A DNA stretch of 62,631 bases, the filler included, from Bipalium vagum (taxonomy: Eukaryota), in assembly GCA_037834085.1 (NCBI GenBank). It is 3 parts of 3 records of this genome, joined end to end, with 100 filler letters (N's around TTAATTAATTAA, not from the genome) between each part and the next. Parts side by side here need not be neighbours in the genome. Positions count along the whole stretch, not along the records: positions 30,822 to 46,914 come from JBBMKC010127588.1; positions 47,015 to 62,631 come from JBBMKC010155819.1; 1 more part is not named here. One strand, given 5' to 3'. Positions within the stretch are counted from its first letter, which is position 1. The number at the start of each line of letters is the position of its first letter. The notes below the pieces were generated by a model. It was not told the DNA's origin. It saw only the letters and a list, made by a program, of their open reading frames with translations, and made no database searches. Positions 40,396-52,550 of the stretch are shown here, one piece after another. Made by a program: the position numbers and the translations under genes.

Positions 40396-40844
40396 ATAAA
40401 TTATAATTAAAAAATTGATTTTAAATAATAATTAACCAATCTTTTTATTAATTTTGTTTATTTTCTTATTCATTATTTTTATATTAAAATTTTATTTTTA
40501 TATAATAATATTTATTTCTATATATTGATATTTATACTAATAAATAAATATTATAATAAAAAATGATTAGTATTAATAATAAAAAAATTAAAATTAAATA
40601 ATAATAAAATTAAAATTAAATAATAATAAAATAAGATAATAATAATATTTATTATTATTATAATTATAACTATAATTATAATTATAATAATGAAAATAAT
40701 AATAATATCAAATTCAATTATAAGTAAATTTTAATTATAATCATTTTTTTTTACAAATATTATCGATTGAGAGAAAAAGTTTTTGTTTTTTATTTTTATT
40801 ATATTACAATTTTTTGATAGTACATATATTACAAAATACAAGCA

Positions 40845-41414
40845 TCAACTTGGAACACCGGACATGTGAGGGTCAGGGGTATTTGCGAGAGACTGGACCA
40901 GTATAATTTCATCTACTTTCTCATCAACATCCCAAAGGGGCTTTACTTCGTTAGCCAAAAGTTTCAAATGCGAAATTAATGAAAATATCATCGACCCACA
41001 AATTATGATTGCAATAAGCCTTACAGTGAGGTCGACCGCAATCAACCCTTCCGATTTTAGGTCGGCTTTGACCATACGTATGATGCTGTAGAAGGCATTG
41101 TAAAAGTTGAGCATCATCAGAACGGTATAGGAAACGATGGAAGCCATCGCACTAATCATAGCAATAATTAATACCGGTTTTCCAGGTCTTTTGGTGAGGA
41201 ATAGCGTACAGATCCCTCCGATCAGCAGAGGAATGGAAACCAAGAAAACTGCCCATATGGCGACTTCAAGTCTGGCAGCCAGGAAGGAAATTCCCAATAT
41301 TAAGAAAAAGAACCCCATGATAATGTAGAGAACTCCATAACTTGAATGTTTACTGTACAACAAGACAGTGGATGGTTCTGATATTGATCGCTCTTCGGTA
41401 TTTGTGATATCCAT
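40845..41414 (-). CDS. Intronless four-TM protein, CD20/MS4A-like (paralog of 33801-34499)
   Basis: 189-aa ORF with four TMs. It aligns with the paralog: YSKHSSYG/FSTHKTYG, IGGICTLFLTKRPGKPVLI/LGGASTVYLTKLPEKPVLI, HLKLL..E...W....VDEI/HLKNL..E...W....VDVI. Confidence 0.8.
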   Translation of the reverse strand: MDITNTEERSISEPSTVLLYSKHSSYGVLYIIMGFFFLILGISFLAARLEVAIWAVFLVSIPLLIGGICTLFLTKRPGKPVLIIAMISAMASIVSYTVLMMLNFYNAFYSIIRMVKADLKSEGLIAVDLTVRLIAIIICGSMIFSLISHLKLLANEVKPLWDVDEKVDEIILVQSLANTPDPHMSGVPS

Positions 41415-41861
41415 ATGAAAGAGCTGAAAAATTGTGATGACAATTCATCGGTACAAAGTCAAAATAAGCTAACTTTGATCAAGGATTAACGAAGGTCAGC
41501 ATCGTTGAACCTTGTCACATTCGTCTCATTTATGATCCAGTACAAAGCCAACGTCTGAACAAAAAATAATTGTGCACTCTTAGACATTGTTTGATTTATA
41601 TTTATATTTTTTAACTGGAGATGTGGGACTGGATGGTGTTTATATCATGTACTTGTGATGCAGTCGAAAGATCAAGTAATACCCCAACCCTCCCAAGCCC
41701 TGTTTTCCTCATTTCCATCTTTCTCTGAAAATCCGTTCTCCGACCTGAACCTTAAAATTTTTTTTCATTTTTTATATTTATTTACTTTTTTTAACTCTGC
41801 TTTGATTTTATCTTTAAATATTATTTTTCCTGTTTATTTTCCTTTCTCTTTTGAGTCTGAC

Positions 41862-43050
41862 ATATTCGGATGAGTCATAAGTAATTTCGTTGTTTTGTTT
41901 AACTATTTCAAGGTAATTTATTATTTAGTTAAGACGATTTAAATTAATTGAGTTATTTATCGATTTAAAGGTAATTAAATAATCTATAAGCAGATCAATA
42001 AGCTGACATAAAATTATATTTGATCTTATATTTTATTTTAATCATAATAAATATGGAAAAATTGCTAATTCTGACACTTCTTCGACATTATTGGAAACAA
42101 GATTTGCAGCGACTAAAAATATATACAAGATGAAAGATGAAGATGTTGTGTCAACTCTTGTAGTTCAAATGCGGTTTTTAAATATTTATGTACGGTGAGA
42201 TTTATCTGCAGGATCAAACACTTTCCGGAAGTCCTGTTAAAAGCCATTAGTGAAAAGCTACACAAATCAGTTAAAAAATAATCCATTGACTAGCACTAGT
42301 AGTTTGTCTGATGAGCTTTATGTGACTCAGATAAGAATTGGAGAAGTGCTTCGTGGCTTAACAGAAAATGAAACTATGAGACGTATTGAAGTTAGCACTA
42401 AACTGATTGAAAATTCCCGTAATAACCGTCTTATTTGCCAAATTGTTACTTCAAATGAAAAATGTAAATACGTTAGCAATACTGACAAAAAGAATCAATG
42501 TTTAAATATTTGTCAGGTGGCCAAACTAGTTCAAAAAGGAATCGATTCTCAAAAATGTATTACTGATAAGGTGTCTTTCTAATTTGAATTAATTCCTAAC
42601 AACATGACATTAGACATAAGCTTCTCTTGTACACAATTAGATGGAACGTGCCAATAGGTGCATCACAAATACCCGTATCTTATCATAAGAAAGTGATACT
42701 CCTGCAACAAGATAATACCAAACCATACACCACGAAGGAAATACTTACAAAAATCCAAGAATTAGAATCTGTTCAGTTTCCACCACATCTATTATCAGAT
42801 TACCATCTTTTCAAGCAATGACACATTTCTTCAAAGGGTGTACCTTTAATGAAAAGAGATACATTGAAATTTTGTCTCCATGGACAAGGAATGGTATCAC
42901 CGAAGGATACAACAACTGTCAGCTCAATGGAGTGAGAGCTTTGAGTTCAATGGTCTTTATTTTGAGATATAATAAAATTATTTGCTTAATTTACTTCGTT
43001 CTTCATTATTTATTAAAAGAACGAAACTATGGAGGACTCACCCATAATAT
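41862..43050 (+). mobile_element. Near full-length decayed mariner
   Basis: Degenerate TIRs (ATATTCGGATGAGTCATAAGTAATTTCGT / ACGAAACTATGGAGGACTCACCCATAAT); QIVTSNEK, LLQQDNTKPY, SDYHLF. Confidence 0.85.
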
Positions 43051-43239
43051 TTACAACGTAAACTTTTGTTGGTCTTGTCTGTTGAAATTAAAGCATTAAT
43101 TAATTACTTGGTGTGGATAAAAGTCTTCCGACTCGTACAGAAATAAAATTAAGAAGTTCAAGAAAAGTTTTCTACATAAAAATCAATACAAGAACCAGAT
43201 ATTATTGTTTTTGTTATAAATAATATACCGTCCAATCAT

Positions 43240-44050
43240 ATTATTTACTGCTATTTCTTTAACAATGTTCCAAGTTAAATATCACAGCGTTCTCAGTTGC
43301 ATGAGTCATGTGGAAATAAAGCTCCATGCAAGACTACTATTTATAATAGGATCAGAGGTTTTCTTCCGGCAAAAATAATGTGTTCGATTTTGCAAGAACT
43401 GAACGACCATACAAAATTGGCGATGAGAAAATCGAAAATTAAACATTATTGTGAAAGAAGAGAGACTGATTGCCAAGAAATCGCTCTATGCTGGACTTAA
43501 TTTAAACATGAAGACTGAACAGAAATTGTTGGACAGTATTGGAATCAGAAGATTTTTGTAATCGATTGGTGACACATTTTTTATATCATATGTTAGAGAA
43601 AAGCAAAGGCAATTGTTCTTAGATTTTCTCGGGAAATAGACCATAAAAATGCTTCCTCAAAAGACATCTCATTGACAATGTATCATGGTGAGTTTTTATT
43701 TGAATTCAAAAGGTGTGATCTAGGTATACCTACCTCCGAAAATCATCAACTCGAAATATTACTGTTAGTGTTGTGAGAAAGTTGCGACGGAAACCAAAGA
43801 ATCAAGACCTTTATCTTTTGCATGACAACGTTTTATTTCACACAACTTTGTACAGGCTTTATACTGGTTTCATACCCTCAGTATAACTCTGATTTGGTTC
43901 TTGTTTAATCATATGATAAAACCTTCACAACATAAAGTACAGTGCAAAGCGGGCCTAATAAGACTTGTGAAAGGGTTTTTTCACTGAAAAGATTGCGTCG
44001 AAATTGGACAAGATACCTGAGAGCAGAGAGAGATTAAATAGAAAAGTTTG
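43240..44050 (+). mobile_element. Decayed mariner
   Basis: HESCGNKAPCKTTIYN (HTH), LLHDNV (~43820), HTLSITL / YNSDL remnant (~43870-43900). Confidence 0.7.
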
Positions 44051-44149
44051 TCTCTATTTACCTATATAGCTCATTTGTTGTTAATAAAAGTCTAGCCTCA
44101 GTGTCATTCAAATTTATGTAAGTCTAAGGACTTGTTATCCTCACCAGGA

Positions 44150-44640
44150 ATGAGAATTAAAGCCAGTCTTTTTTAAAAGAACTTTGTATCTTTAAAGTAC
44201 TATTCTCGTCGACAGTGACTTTGAAAACTTGTTGGATTTAGGATTTTAAAAATTTGCCTTTGATGCAAAAATCGAGTCAATAACCTGTTTTCCAACCTCT
44301 TCATATGAGGTAAAGTGTTGTTAACTGCTATCGATCGAAACAAGTCAGAGATACATTTCTTGGACATATTTTGTAATTCTTGGTTGGGCATTTTCATGCC
44401 AAAAATGCCTTAAGTTACCTGATATCAGGATTATTAAGTAGTTCGTAATGAAAGATCAGCAGAACAGACATCACAAACATCAACGAAATCTGAAGTTCAA
44501 GGACTTGATCAAAATTTCACCGACATTGCGATGTAAAGTAACTGGGTAAATTTTAATGTTTTATTTCATTTTTATATTTCCCAATAAAATTTGCAATATT
44601 TAAATTTGATTCGCTCAACTTTTGATTGGCCTTCAATTAT
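44150..44640 (-). mobile_element. mariner deletion derivative
   Basis: HENAQP and DLFRSI...FTSYEEV-like remnants on the minus strand. Confidence 0.45.
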
Positions 44641-46600
44641 AAATAATCAATTATTTTATTGTGGCAAACGTCCAATAGGATTAGGTCAAATTTTGTTGTT
44701 TTGACATTATCAAATTTAACAAAGATTTCTAGCCACAGCTCTTCCTAATTTTAGTGCTTAATTCAGACGCCATATTTTAATAAATGAAATTATTTTAAAC
44801 AAAAATTATCTTTTTTTAGTTCATTTGAATGATAAATAAAAATTACAGTTTTTTTAATAAATGTCCGACACAAACAGGAGCTTTTAAATGATCTCTGTAC
44901 TTTAATGATTAATCAAAAAATATATAAAAATTTCAATTAACATTAAATAAATTATATTTTAAGTAACTGCAAGATTAATAAAATAATATTTTCTAAATTA
45001 AAAAAAATAAATCTTAATTAATTTCTTATTTATTTAAATAAATTATATTTTAAAAAATTAGAAGCTTAATTATTAAATAAAAAATAAAACAAAAAAAATT
45101 AATTTAAAAATATAATAAATATTAAATAATAATAAATATTAAAAAATTAATCAATAAAAATATTTAATTAAAAATATATAAATTTTATTAAATTTTTATG
45201 TATTTAAATAAATTGAATTTTATTAAATTTAAAAAAATAATTTCTTAATTTAAAATTTAATAAAAAATATTTTAATTTTATTAATAAAAAAATTTTAAAT
45301 ACTTTTTAAAATTATTATTTATTTAAATAAATTAATTTTATTAAATTAGAAGCTTGATGATATAACATTAAAAACTAATTTAAAAAATAAAATGTTAATA
45401 AATAAAAAATTAATTAATAAAATAAATAAATAATAAAGTTTAAATTATTTTTTTATTTAATTCTTATTTAATTGGCTAATAAATTTGTAATAACATTTAT
45501 TTAATTCTTAAGTTTTTATAATTAAATCGTGAAAATAATTTCAGACGTATTTGAAATTTAAAACAAAAAATTTATGAAAAAAAGAAATTTTCTTTAGATT
45601 ACTTAAGTGACACCCTCTGATATTGACCTTTACCTTCGAAAGAAATATCATATCTCAAAAATCTTTACAATACAATCACATGTTAATCTCGTTTATCATC
45701 TCTAAGTACATCTCACTGCGAACAATTCGCATCGTTTCAAACAAATACCTGAAATCTCCAGATAAAGGAAGACGTGATTACTGCAGACGAAAAAAGAGAC
45801 CTATGAACATATGCACGACATTACCAAAAGGTTTCAATCGATCGAACAGCTGAATTAATCTATTATTACAAAGCATTACTAATAATGGCGAGCACGCATT
45901 GCGCTTGTCTTGGCCATAGTCGCGACCTGCGAGCGCACCAAGCTGTTGGCAGTTGCTATCGTTAACGATTGGAATGTGCAAAGAGACAGAGCGATCGACC
46001 AGCGAGCAAGCGAGCGACTGTGAGACTTATCAGAATGTATTGATGAGTAATTTGTGCGAGAGATTCGTCAAGAGGAAGTGCATTGCAACAGCTGAACAGC
46101 CGCACACCCACTCACACACACCCAGACCCAGAGACACTCACTAACACTCACCCAAATATATACAAACACACACACACATTATCGGAATGCAGTGGCACAT
46201 CTCTCAACGCACGTCTCCAGCTCGCTAATTGATGACGAGTCTTAGCTTATGTTCGCTCAACGTACAAGAGGAACCAATGACCATGAGTGTTTATCAGCGA
46301 GCATATCAATTATTATTATTACAACTTTCGTCGAGATGGCATTTTCGAAATTTGTAAACAACAGTCGCGTCGCTGCAGAACATTTCAGCGAATTTTATTA
46401 TTATTATTATTATTAATATTATTATTAACAAGATCAGTCTTCTCTTCTCCGTCCTTTCGGCCGAAATGTATCTTAACTTTGATAAGCCCAAAAAACAATA
46501 AATCTTCATTTGTTTTAATATTAAAAATAAAAATTGAAAGCGTAATAAAATTAATAAGTGGTGATTATAATAATAAGTAATACAGATAAAGATAATAATA

Positions 46601-46714
46601 ATATTATTAAAATAATAAAATATTTTTAAAAGAATAAAATATTATTAAAATAATAAAATATTTTTAAAAGAATAAAATATTATTAAAATAATAAAATATT
46701 TTTAAAATAATAAA
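46601..46714. repeat. 38-bp AT-rich tandem repeat, about 3 copies
   Basis: Unit ATATTATTAAAATAATAAAATATTTTTAAAAGAATAAA at 46601, 46639 and 46677. Confidence 0.85.
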
Positions 46715-46844
46715 AGATTATAATAGTAATAAAAATATTTATTATTTATTATTATAATTTACCAATAATTATTGATTTAAAAATGTAATAATTTTTATAA
46801 TCATAAACATAAATGACAATATATAAAAATAATTAATGAAATTA

Positions 46845-46914
<70 letters not shown>

Positions 46915-47014
46915 NNNNNNNNNNNNNNNNNNNNNNNNNNNNNNNNNNNNNNNNNNNNTTAATTAATTAANNNNNNNNNNNNNNNNNNNNNNNNNNNNNN
47001 NNNNNNNNNNNNNN

Positions 47015-47055
<41 letters not shown>
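46845..47055. repeat. (AAT)n microsatellite spanning an assembly gap (46915-47014: 44 N + TTAATTAATTAA + 44 N)
   Basis: AAT runs on both sides of the gap. Confidence 0.95.
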
Positions 47056-47056
<1 letters not shown>

Positions 47057-47273
47057 TTTTTAAATTTTTATTAGGTATTTTGTGCTCAACGAATTTTTGT
47101 ATTATTATTATTATTATGATTATCAAATTAATTATATCCAGAATATTTTGTAAGGCAATATGAAATCTTCATCATTTTGAAAAGTAAAATGGAAGAAAAC
47201 CGAAATAATTTTTACCAATTTTCATTTTATATTTAACTTAATAACATCTCTGGTATCAAAGAAATGCGTCCCG

Positions 47274-47531
47274 TTAAAAGTTCCTCTTAGACTCCAAACA
47301 CCTTTGACAGGGGTCAAACACCTTGCCGAAATTCTGGGCCAATGAACGCTTTCCGAAAATCGTTCCACTATATCTCTGAAAGGTTCTTTTGGTGAGACCG
47401 TTGTCGGAATATACCGGCTCACGTTCGATTCCATAGAAGGTGCTCTGATCTTCATTTGTTGCTACTTTGCAGTTGTTGTTCACCAGCAGTTGAAGGAGAA
47501 TGAAAGCACCGAACGAAAGAGAGAATGACAT
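47274..47531 (-). CDS. Neuropeptide precursor, SIFamide-like (predicted TFQRYSGTIFamide)
   Basis: 85 aa: hydrophobic N-terminus (MSFSLSFGAFILLQLLV), acidic spacer, KR-TFQRYSGTIF-G-KR, then SLAQNFG-K and a Cys pair (CQRC) before another KR. Lies in a GC-richer island with a core promoter upstream. Confidence 0.75.
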   Translation of the reverse strand: MSFSLSFGAFILLQLLVNNNCKVATNEDQSTFYGIEREPVYSDNGLTKRTFQRYSGTIFGKRSLAQNFGKVFDPCQRCLESKRNF

Positions 47532-47535
47532 TTCG

Positions 47536-47573
47536 AATATGAGGAGAAATAGACGGAAATCACGTTTTAAATA
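47536..47573 (-). promoter_or_regulatory. Candidate TATA box plus initiator of the neuropeptide gene
   Basis: TATTTAAAA at 47573-47565 and Inr-like TCATATT at 47542-47536. The A+1 at 47540 is 33 nt from the TATA start and 9 nt before the ATG. Confidence 0.45.
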
Positions 47574-48299
47574 GACATTTCCTTGCCTCCATCGCCGAAT
47601 TGGAGGTTGGACATTATCCTCGAATCAGAACGGCGACAGAGGAAAGATCTGATTTGTTTCCCCTCCTTGATTGTGGACATGATCGCACTTCAAACGAAGC
47701 ATGCAGTCTGCAGAGAGAAATATTTTTCGAAAACAATTTTATTTATTTTTTTGAATTTCAAATATAAAATTCCCCATAAAATATTGTATTAAAATGTTAC
47801 GCCCAACCATTGAGATGATCAGGATGTCAGAAAGATATTTAACATCTGCCTTCTTGGAATATTGATCTTTAGAAGTAATTCTAGAAACAGCCTTTCTATT
47901 TTTAGTTTAACTGAAGAAAGATTACGTAACTTTTATAAAAAATTTCTAATAAAAAAAAGAAAGTTAAAATCTCACAAAGTTTGTGGTTATAGAATGTTTT
48001 AGGTCAACCTCGGATTGTTTTCAGGTAAATGGTTGTATCTATAAATAGTAACATCTTCGAATATTATCGGTGCAATATTTTCAAAACGGGAAGTCATACG
48101 GAAAGACTTTTGATTTTCTATATTAACTATGGAACACAGTGGTGAAAACTATGACGTCAAATAAGAAATTTCGGTCTACTTTTTAAAGTGATAATTGAAT
48201 ATTGATAATTTTTAATCAATTAATAATTGAAAATTGTATTTCGTTATTTAAGTAAGATATATATTTAATACAATTTGTTCCAATAATGTTTAAATATTG

Positions 48300-49370
48300 C
48301 AGAAAGATTTAAAATTATTATTATGATTGATCAAAAATTTGTTATTTTTATTTCAACTCAAATTAGGTGAAACTGCGGCTGATTGGTTTTTCAAAGTTTT
48401 TGGTAGCAACGTTATATCGGAACGTCAATGTCAAAATTGGTTTATGAGTTTAAAAATGGAGATGAGTGTCTGAAGGAATCAGAACATGGATATCGACCTT
48501 TGACTATAACTTTTGACTTGTTGAAAGAAAACATCGAGTCAGATCCTCAACAATTCCCGCGAACAACTTGTCCGTAAATTCGAATTTTTCTTAGAAGACT
48601 ATTTGTAACAACCTCGTCGCCTTGAGAAAACATGCAGGCATGGAAAATAAATTCTCCATGATTTGGCAGAGAGCAACAAAATCAGTCTTATTCTTCTCCG
48701 TTCTTCATTGCTCTCGCGGTCTAAAAATAAGGAATACTTTGATTCAATTTTAACATTAGATAAAAAGTGGATTCAATACGACAATCCACATATAAAATTG
48801 CAATGTTTGAGCAAATGTGATCAAACGATACCGATCCCAAAAGCTCAAAATCAAGTCAATAAGGTACTTCTTTGTGTCTGGTGGAATATATACTGTCAAG
48901 TGTATCTTGGGTTGCTCAATCGAGGAGAAAAAATAACTGCAGAAAAGTTATTGCCTACAATTAAGCTCTGTGGACCAAGCTCGGCAAGGAGTAAATATAG
49001 TAAAGACTAAATTGTTATATGATAATGCTCAACTGCATGTAGCAAAATTGACACAGCTGAAATTAGAGGACTAGGTTCAGCGGTTTTTCCTCATTCGCCA
49101 TAAACCATTGACTATCGACAAAAAAACTCACTTTTTCAGGTCTATGCAGCACTATTTGATTAGAAAAAAGATTTAAAATTTAGAGGACATTGAAAATTGG
49201 GTCAAGATTTACTAAATTTTTCAACAAATGGATTTGTGCTTTAACTGTAAGATGGTGAAACATCATTTATATAAATGGTGATCATTTCGTGATCATAGTG
49301 TACGCTTTGTTTCATGCATTAATAATATATATTGCAAAATCGAAATTTCTTATTAATCACCCTGATATTA
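48300..49370 (+). mobile_element. Decayed mariner
   Basis: ERQCQNWF, SILTLDKKWIQYDN, KVLLCVWWN, LLYDNAQLHVA, PHSP. Confidence 0.9.
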
Positions 49371-49409
49371 AAAAACAAATGTAAAATTGTTTAAATATGT
49401 AGTTAGTTT

Positions 49410-50455
49410 TATTTTGGGTGTGCATAAGTTTCCATCGCTCACATATTTATGATATTAGAAGTATAAAAATATTATGTACGCTTTGTTTGGCAATATTTTT
49501 GTTTAAGTAGGTCAATATTGATTATATTTATCTGTATTGTCTCAAAATTTATTTAAATTAACATATTTATTTACAGAAAATATTATGGAAATCAGTAAAA
49601 TGTATTTTCGCTTTTGTATGGTGTTCCTCTTCCATCAAACAACCAACCAGAATAATTTGCCAAACATATGGTTATGAAACAATAGCGGAGAGCTCATGTC
49701 GTGAATGGTCCAAGCACTTTAGAAGCGGTGTATGGATTTGGCAGATAAATAGTGAGCTAGTTGGCCATATAAAATGGATTCTGACAAATTGAAAGCGCTT
49801 TTGTAAGAAGATAGTATTTAATTGTGTGCAGAACTAGTGAGAAGGATTGCATTAGTGAGGAAAAATTCAATAAGAAGAATAATGGATTCATTTCGATTTT
49901 TTGGAGAACAATATGATCAGTTGATTTAAAAATTGTCGTTCGCGTCTACATAGACACGAAAAACAGTCTTTTTCATATCGAATTGTGACGAGAGACAAAA
50001 AATGGATATATTTTCATAATTATTATCGCAAAAGTTCGTTGGTAAATTCAAGAGATCTTAACAGAAAAAACGAAATATTCATGGCCTGAAGGTCTTTTGT
50101 GCATTATTGGAACATACAAAGAGTGCTTTATTATGAATTATTAAAGATATCCAAGACTGTTATTGCGGAAATATACAGTTGTCAATTGAAACAGATACAC
50201 TGAGAGTTAATTGAAAGAAGGCCATATCATGTAAGCAAACAAAATAAAGTTATTCTTCTGCTTGACACTGCCAGAATACATGTGGCATTAGATACGATGG
50301 AACCTTTGATATAATTAAAATTGGAAATTATACCTTACTCGGCATATTCTCCAGATATTGCTCCAACGGGTTTTCATTTATTTCGTTCTATGAAACATAG
50401 TCTGTCTGATGTACAATTTAGCAACACTGAATAAATGCAGAAATCGTTGACAACT
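49410..50455 (+). mobile_element. Decayed mariner
   Basis: TIR-like TTGGGTGTGCATAAGTTTCC; RIVTRDKKWIYF, LLDTARIHVA, YSPDIAPTGFHLFRSMKHSL. Confidence 0.9.
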
Positions 50456-50499
50456 TCATTCAATCAAAACCAAAAGACTTTGTTCACCGGATAATATTA

Positions 50500-51754
50500 A
50501 ATAAAAAAAAATCCAAAATGTCAAAAAATGAATTATAAACAAGAAATATGAAATTGCTAAGAAATTAGGCGAAGATGTTTCAGAAAGAAAATTCTCTAAA
50601 GATTTCAAAACAAGTAAAGGATTAGTAAACAAAATCAAACTGAAAAAACTGATGAACAAAGGAACAAGTCTGAATATGGAACTCCTTCAAAGAAATTCAT
50701 CGCAAGATCCTGATAAGATAACCTTTAAAGCTCAAAAAATAAAGTATTTTAGTTTTCCAGCGGCAAAACCAGCTCGAAAAACAACTGCTAAAGTCGACAG
50801 AACAATAATAAGCAAAACTTTACGACTTAGAATGAAACCCATCAACGAAATACACTCTGAAATTGTTACTTCAGATGTAAATATTTTGGCGAATAGAGGC
50901 AAACTTTATTGCTGATCGCTCAACCATAAAGAATAAGGTAACACCGGTCATAATAAAGAAGACACTAGCTTGGGGACTGAAATACAAACACTACGGGTAC
51001 ACACTTTGGTAAAAAAAATAATTTCTACAAAACGAATTTCATTGAATTGGTTTTATTTCTTACGTTAGGTTTGCTTCTGCGATGAAAGTTCAATCGTGAT
51101 TCTTCGTCGTATATTAAATGAAAGATTCTACTTATCTGAATGTGTAAGACAAAAGGTTAAGCATCCGACCCAAGTAATGATATGGTCCATTATAACTGTG
51201 AAAGAGTTTGAAAAACTTTATTCTGCGGATGGTAACATGAATTCACAGCAGTATCTGCAAGTGCTGCAGTATGAATTACTGCTTTAATTACGAATTTGGT
51301 TTCCTGGTCGTGAGCACCTTGGCACAGAGGTAAGGTAATTCAAAATTATTTCGATGCAGAAATAATATCATTATTGGGCTGGCCAGTTAAATCTCCTGCA
51401 TGAATACGATAGAGAATGTTGGAAGGCTTTGAAAGATCAGTTCAGTCTAGAAAAAGTGACTACGACATGTGAAATGATCGAGAAATTTAAGTATTTGTGG
51501 CATAACAACAAAAATTTTCAGGAGACAGCCATAAATTCTGTCGAAAGCATACAATCAAGCGTTCAGCTAATACTTAAAAATAACGGAATGTGGACTAAAT
51601 ATTATTTTTCTTTCATGCAATCGATATGAATAGCATTCTTTTCAGTTTAATAAATCATTATTCTTGTATTTAAAAATGAATTACGCAAAAAACCATTTTA
51701 AATTGAATTTACGATTTCTTTTGTTTGAGTCTATTTCAATGACCAGGTACTGTA
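50500..51754 (+). mobile_element. Decayed Tc1 element with 3' TIR
   Basis: RKTTAKVDRTI, VCFCDESS, VKHPTQVMIWS, WPVKSP...IENV, ILKNNGMWTKY. The 3' end reverse complement is TACAGTACCTGGTCATTGAAA. Confidence 0.9.
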
Positions 51755-51929
51755 TAAGTAAGTCCACAAAAAATCGACGTAAAAGATTGAGTGTATTGAC
51801 CTTAAACATACAAAAGTTGAATTTAAAATACCAAAATAAATAATAAAAATTTAAAATTGAAGATATATTATCATTTATTATTATACAACATTTATTTCAA
51901 GAAAACCATTAGCTTTTGTACACATACAC

Positions 51930-52550
51930 ACAAAATATTGCTTGATATTTTCTTTTTTGATTTGTCAATCATTACATAAAAGCTTTTTAAGCATCGAGAA
52001 ACCTCTTTCGACAACTGATGTCTCGACTCACATTTTTGAAGCTTTAACATAAAGTTCCGGCGAGATCTCATTCCGATGTAATTACAAAATTGTCTTTATT
52101 TCGTTATTCTCTAACCTCTTTTCAATGCACTTCTTAGTTTACAAGGGTCTTTTTCAAAGGAAAGAGATTTTAAAATACTGAAGACTGTTTTAATTGAAAA
52201 AAGCAGTTTTTGCATGGGGTAATTAATGACACTAACTGAAATAACAATTTCTTATGAATAAAAAATTTTGCTCTTTTTAAGTTTGCATGATTGTTTTTTT
52301 AGCCTGGATCACAAATATACCATTCCTTTCAAAAGATTTTATTATGTCTCTAATTTCTGGAAGATTTTGAGCGTAAAATAAAGATGCCTCCCACCAAGTT
52401 CCCTAACGTGTTATAATTTGCAATGGATGTTGTCCAATACACGTAAAAAGTCGATGTCGTTGTTTATTTTTAACGCATGCATCTTTAATGGACGCAATTA
52501 AGTTATCTACATCCAGCAAATAACTTTTATAATTTATAAGCACATTTCCA
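51930..52550 (-). mobile_element. hAT remnant (same type as 36534-37800)
   Basis: IITR*GTWWEASLFYAQNL (~52370-52420) and VERGFSMLKKLL (~51980-52015). Confidence 0.75.

Noticed and set aside
45969-45992. TGGAATGT (miR-1 seed); also TGAGGTA (let-7-like) at ~53975
   Set aside because: The rest of the mature sequence does not match and no pre-miRNA hairpin is apparent.
47222-47455. Overlapping 77-aa ORF in another frame of the neuropeptide locus
   Set aside because: No signal peptide or motif; likely a shadow frame.
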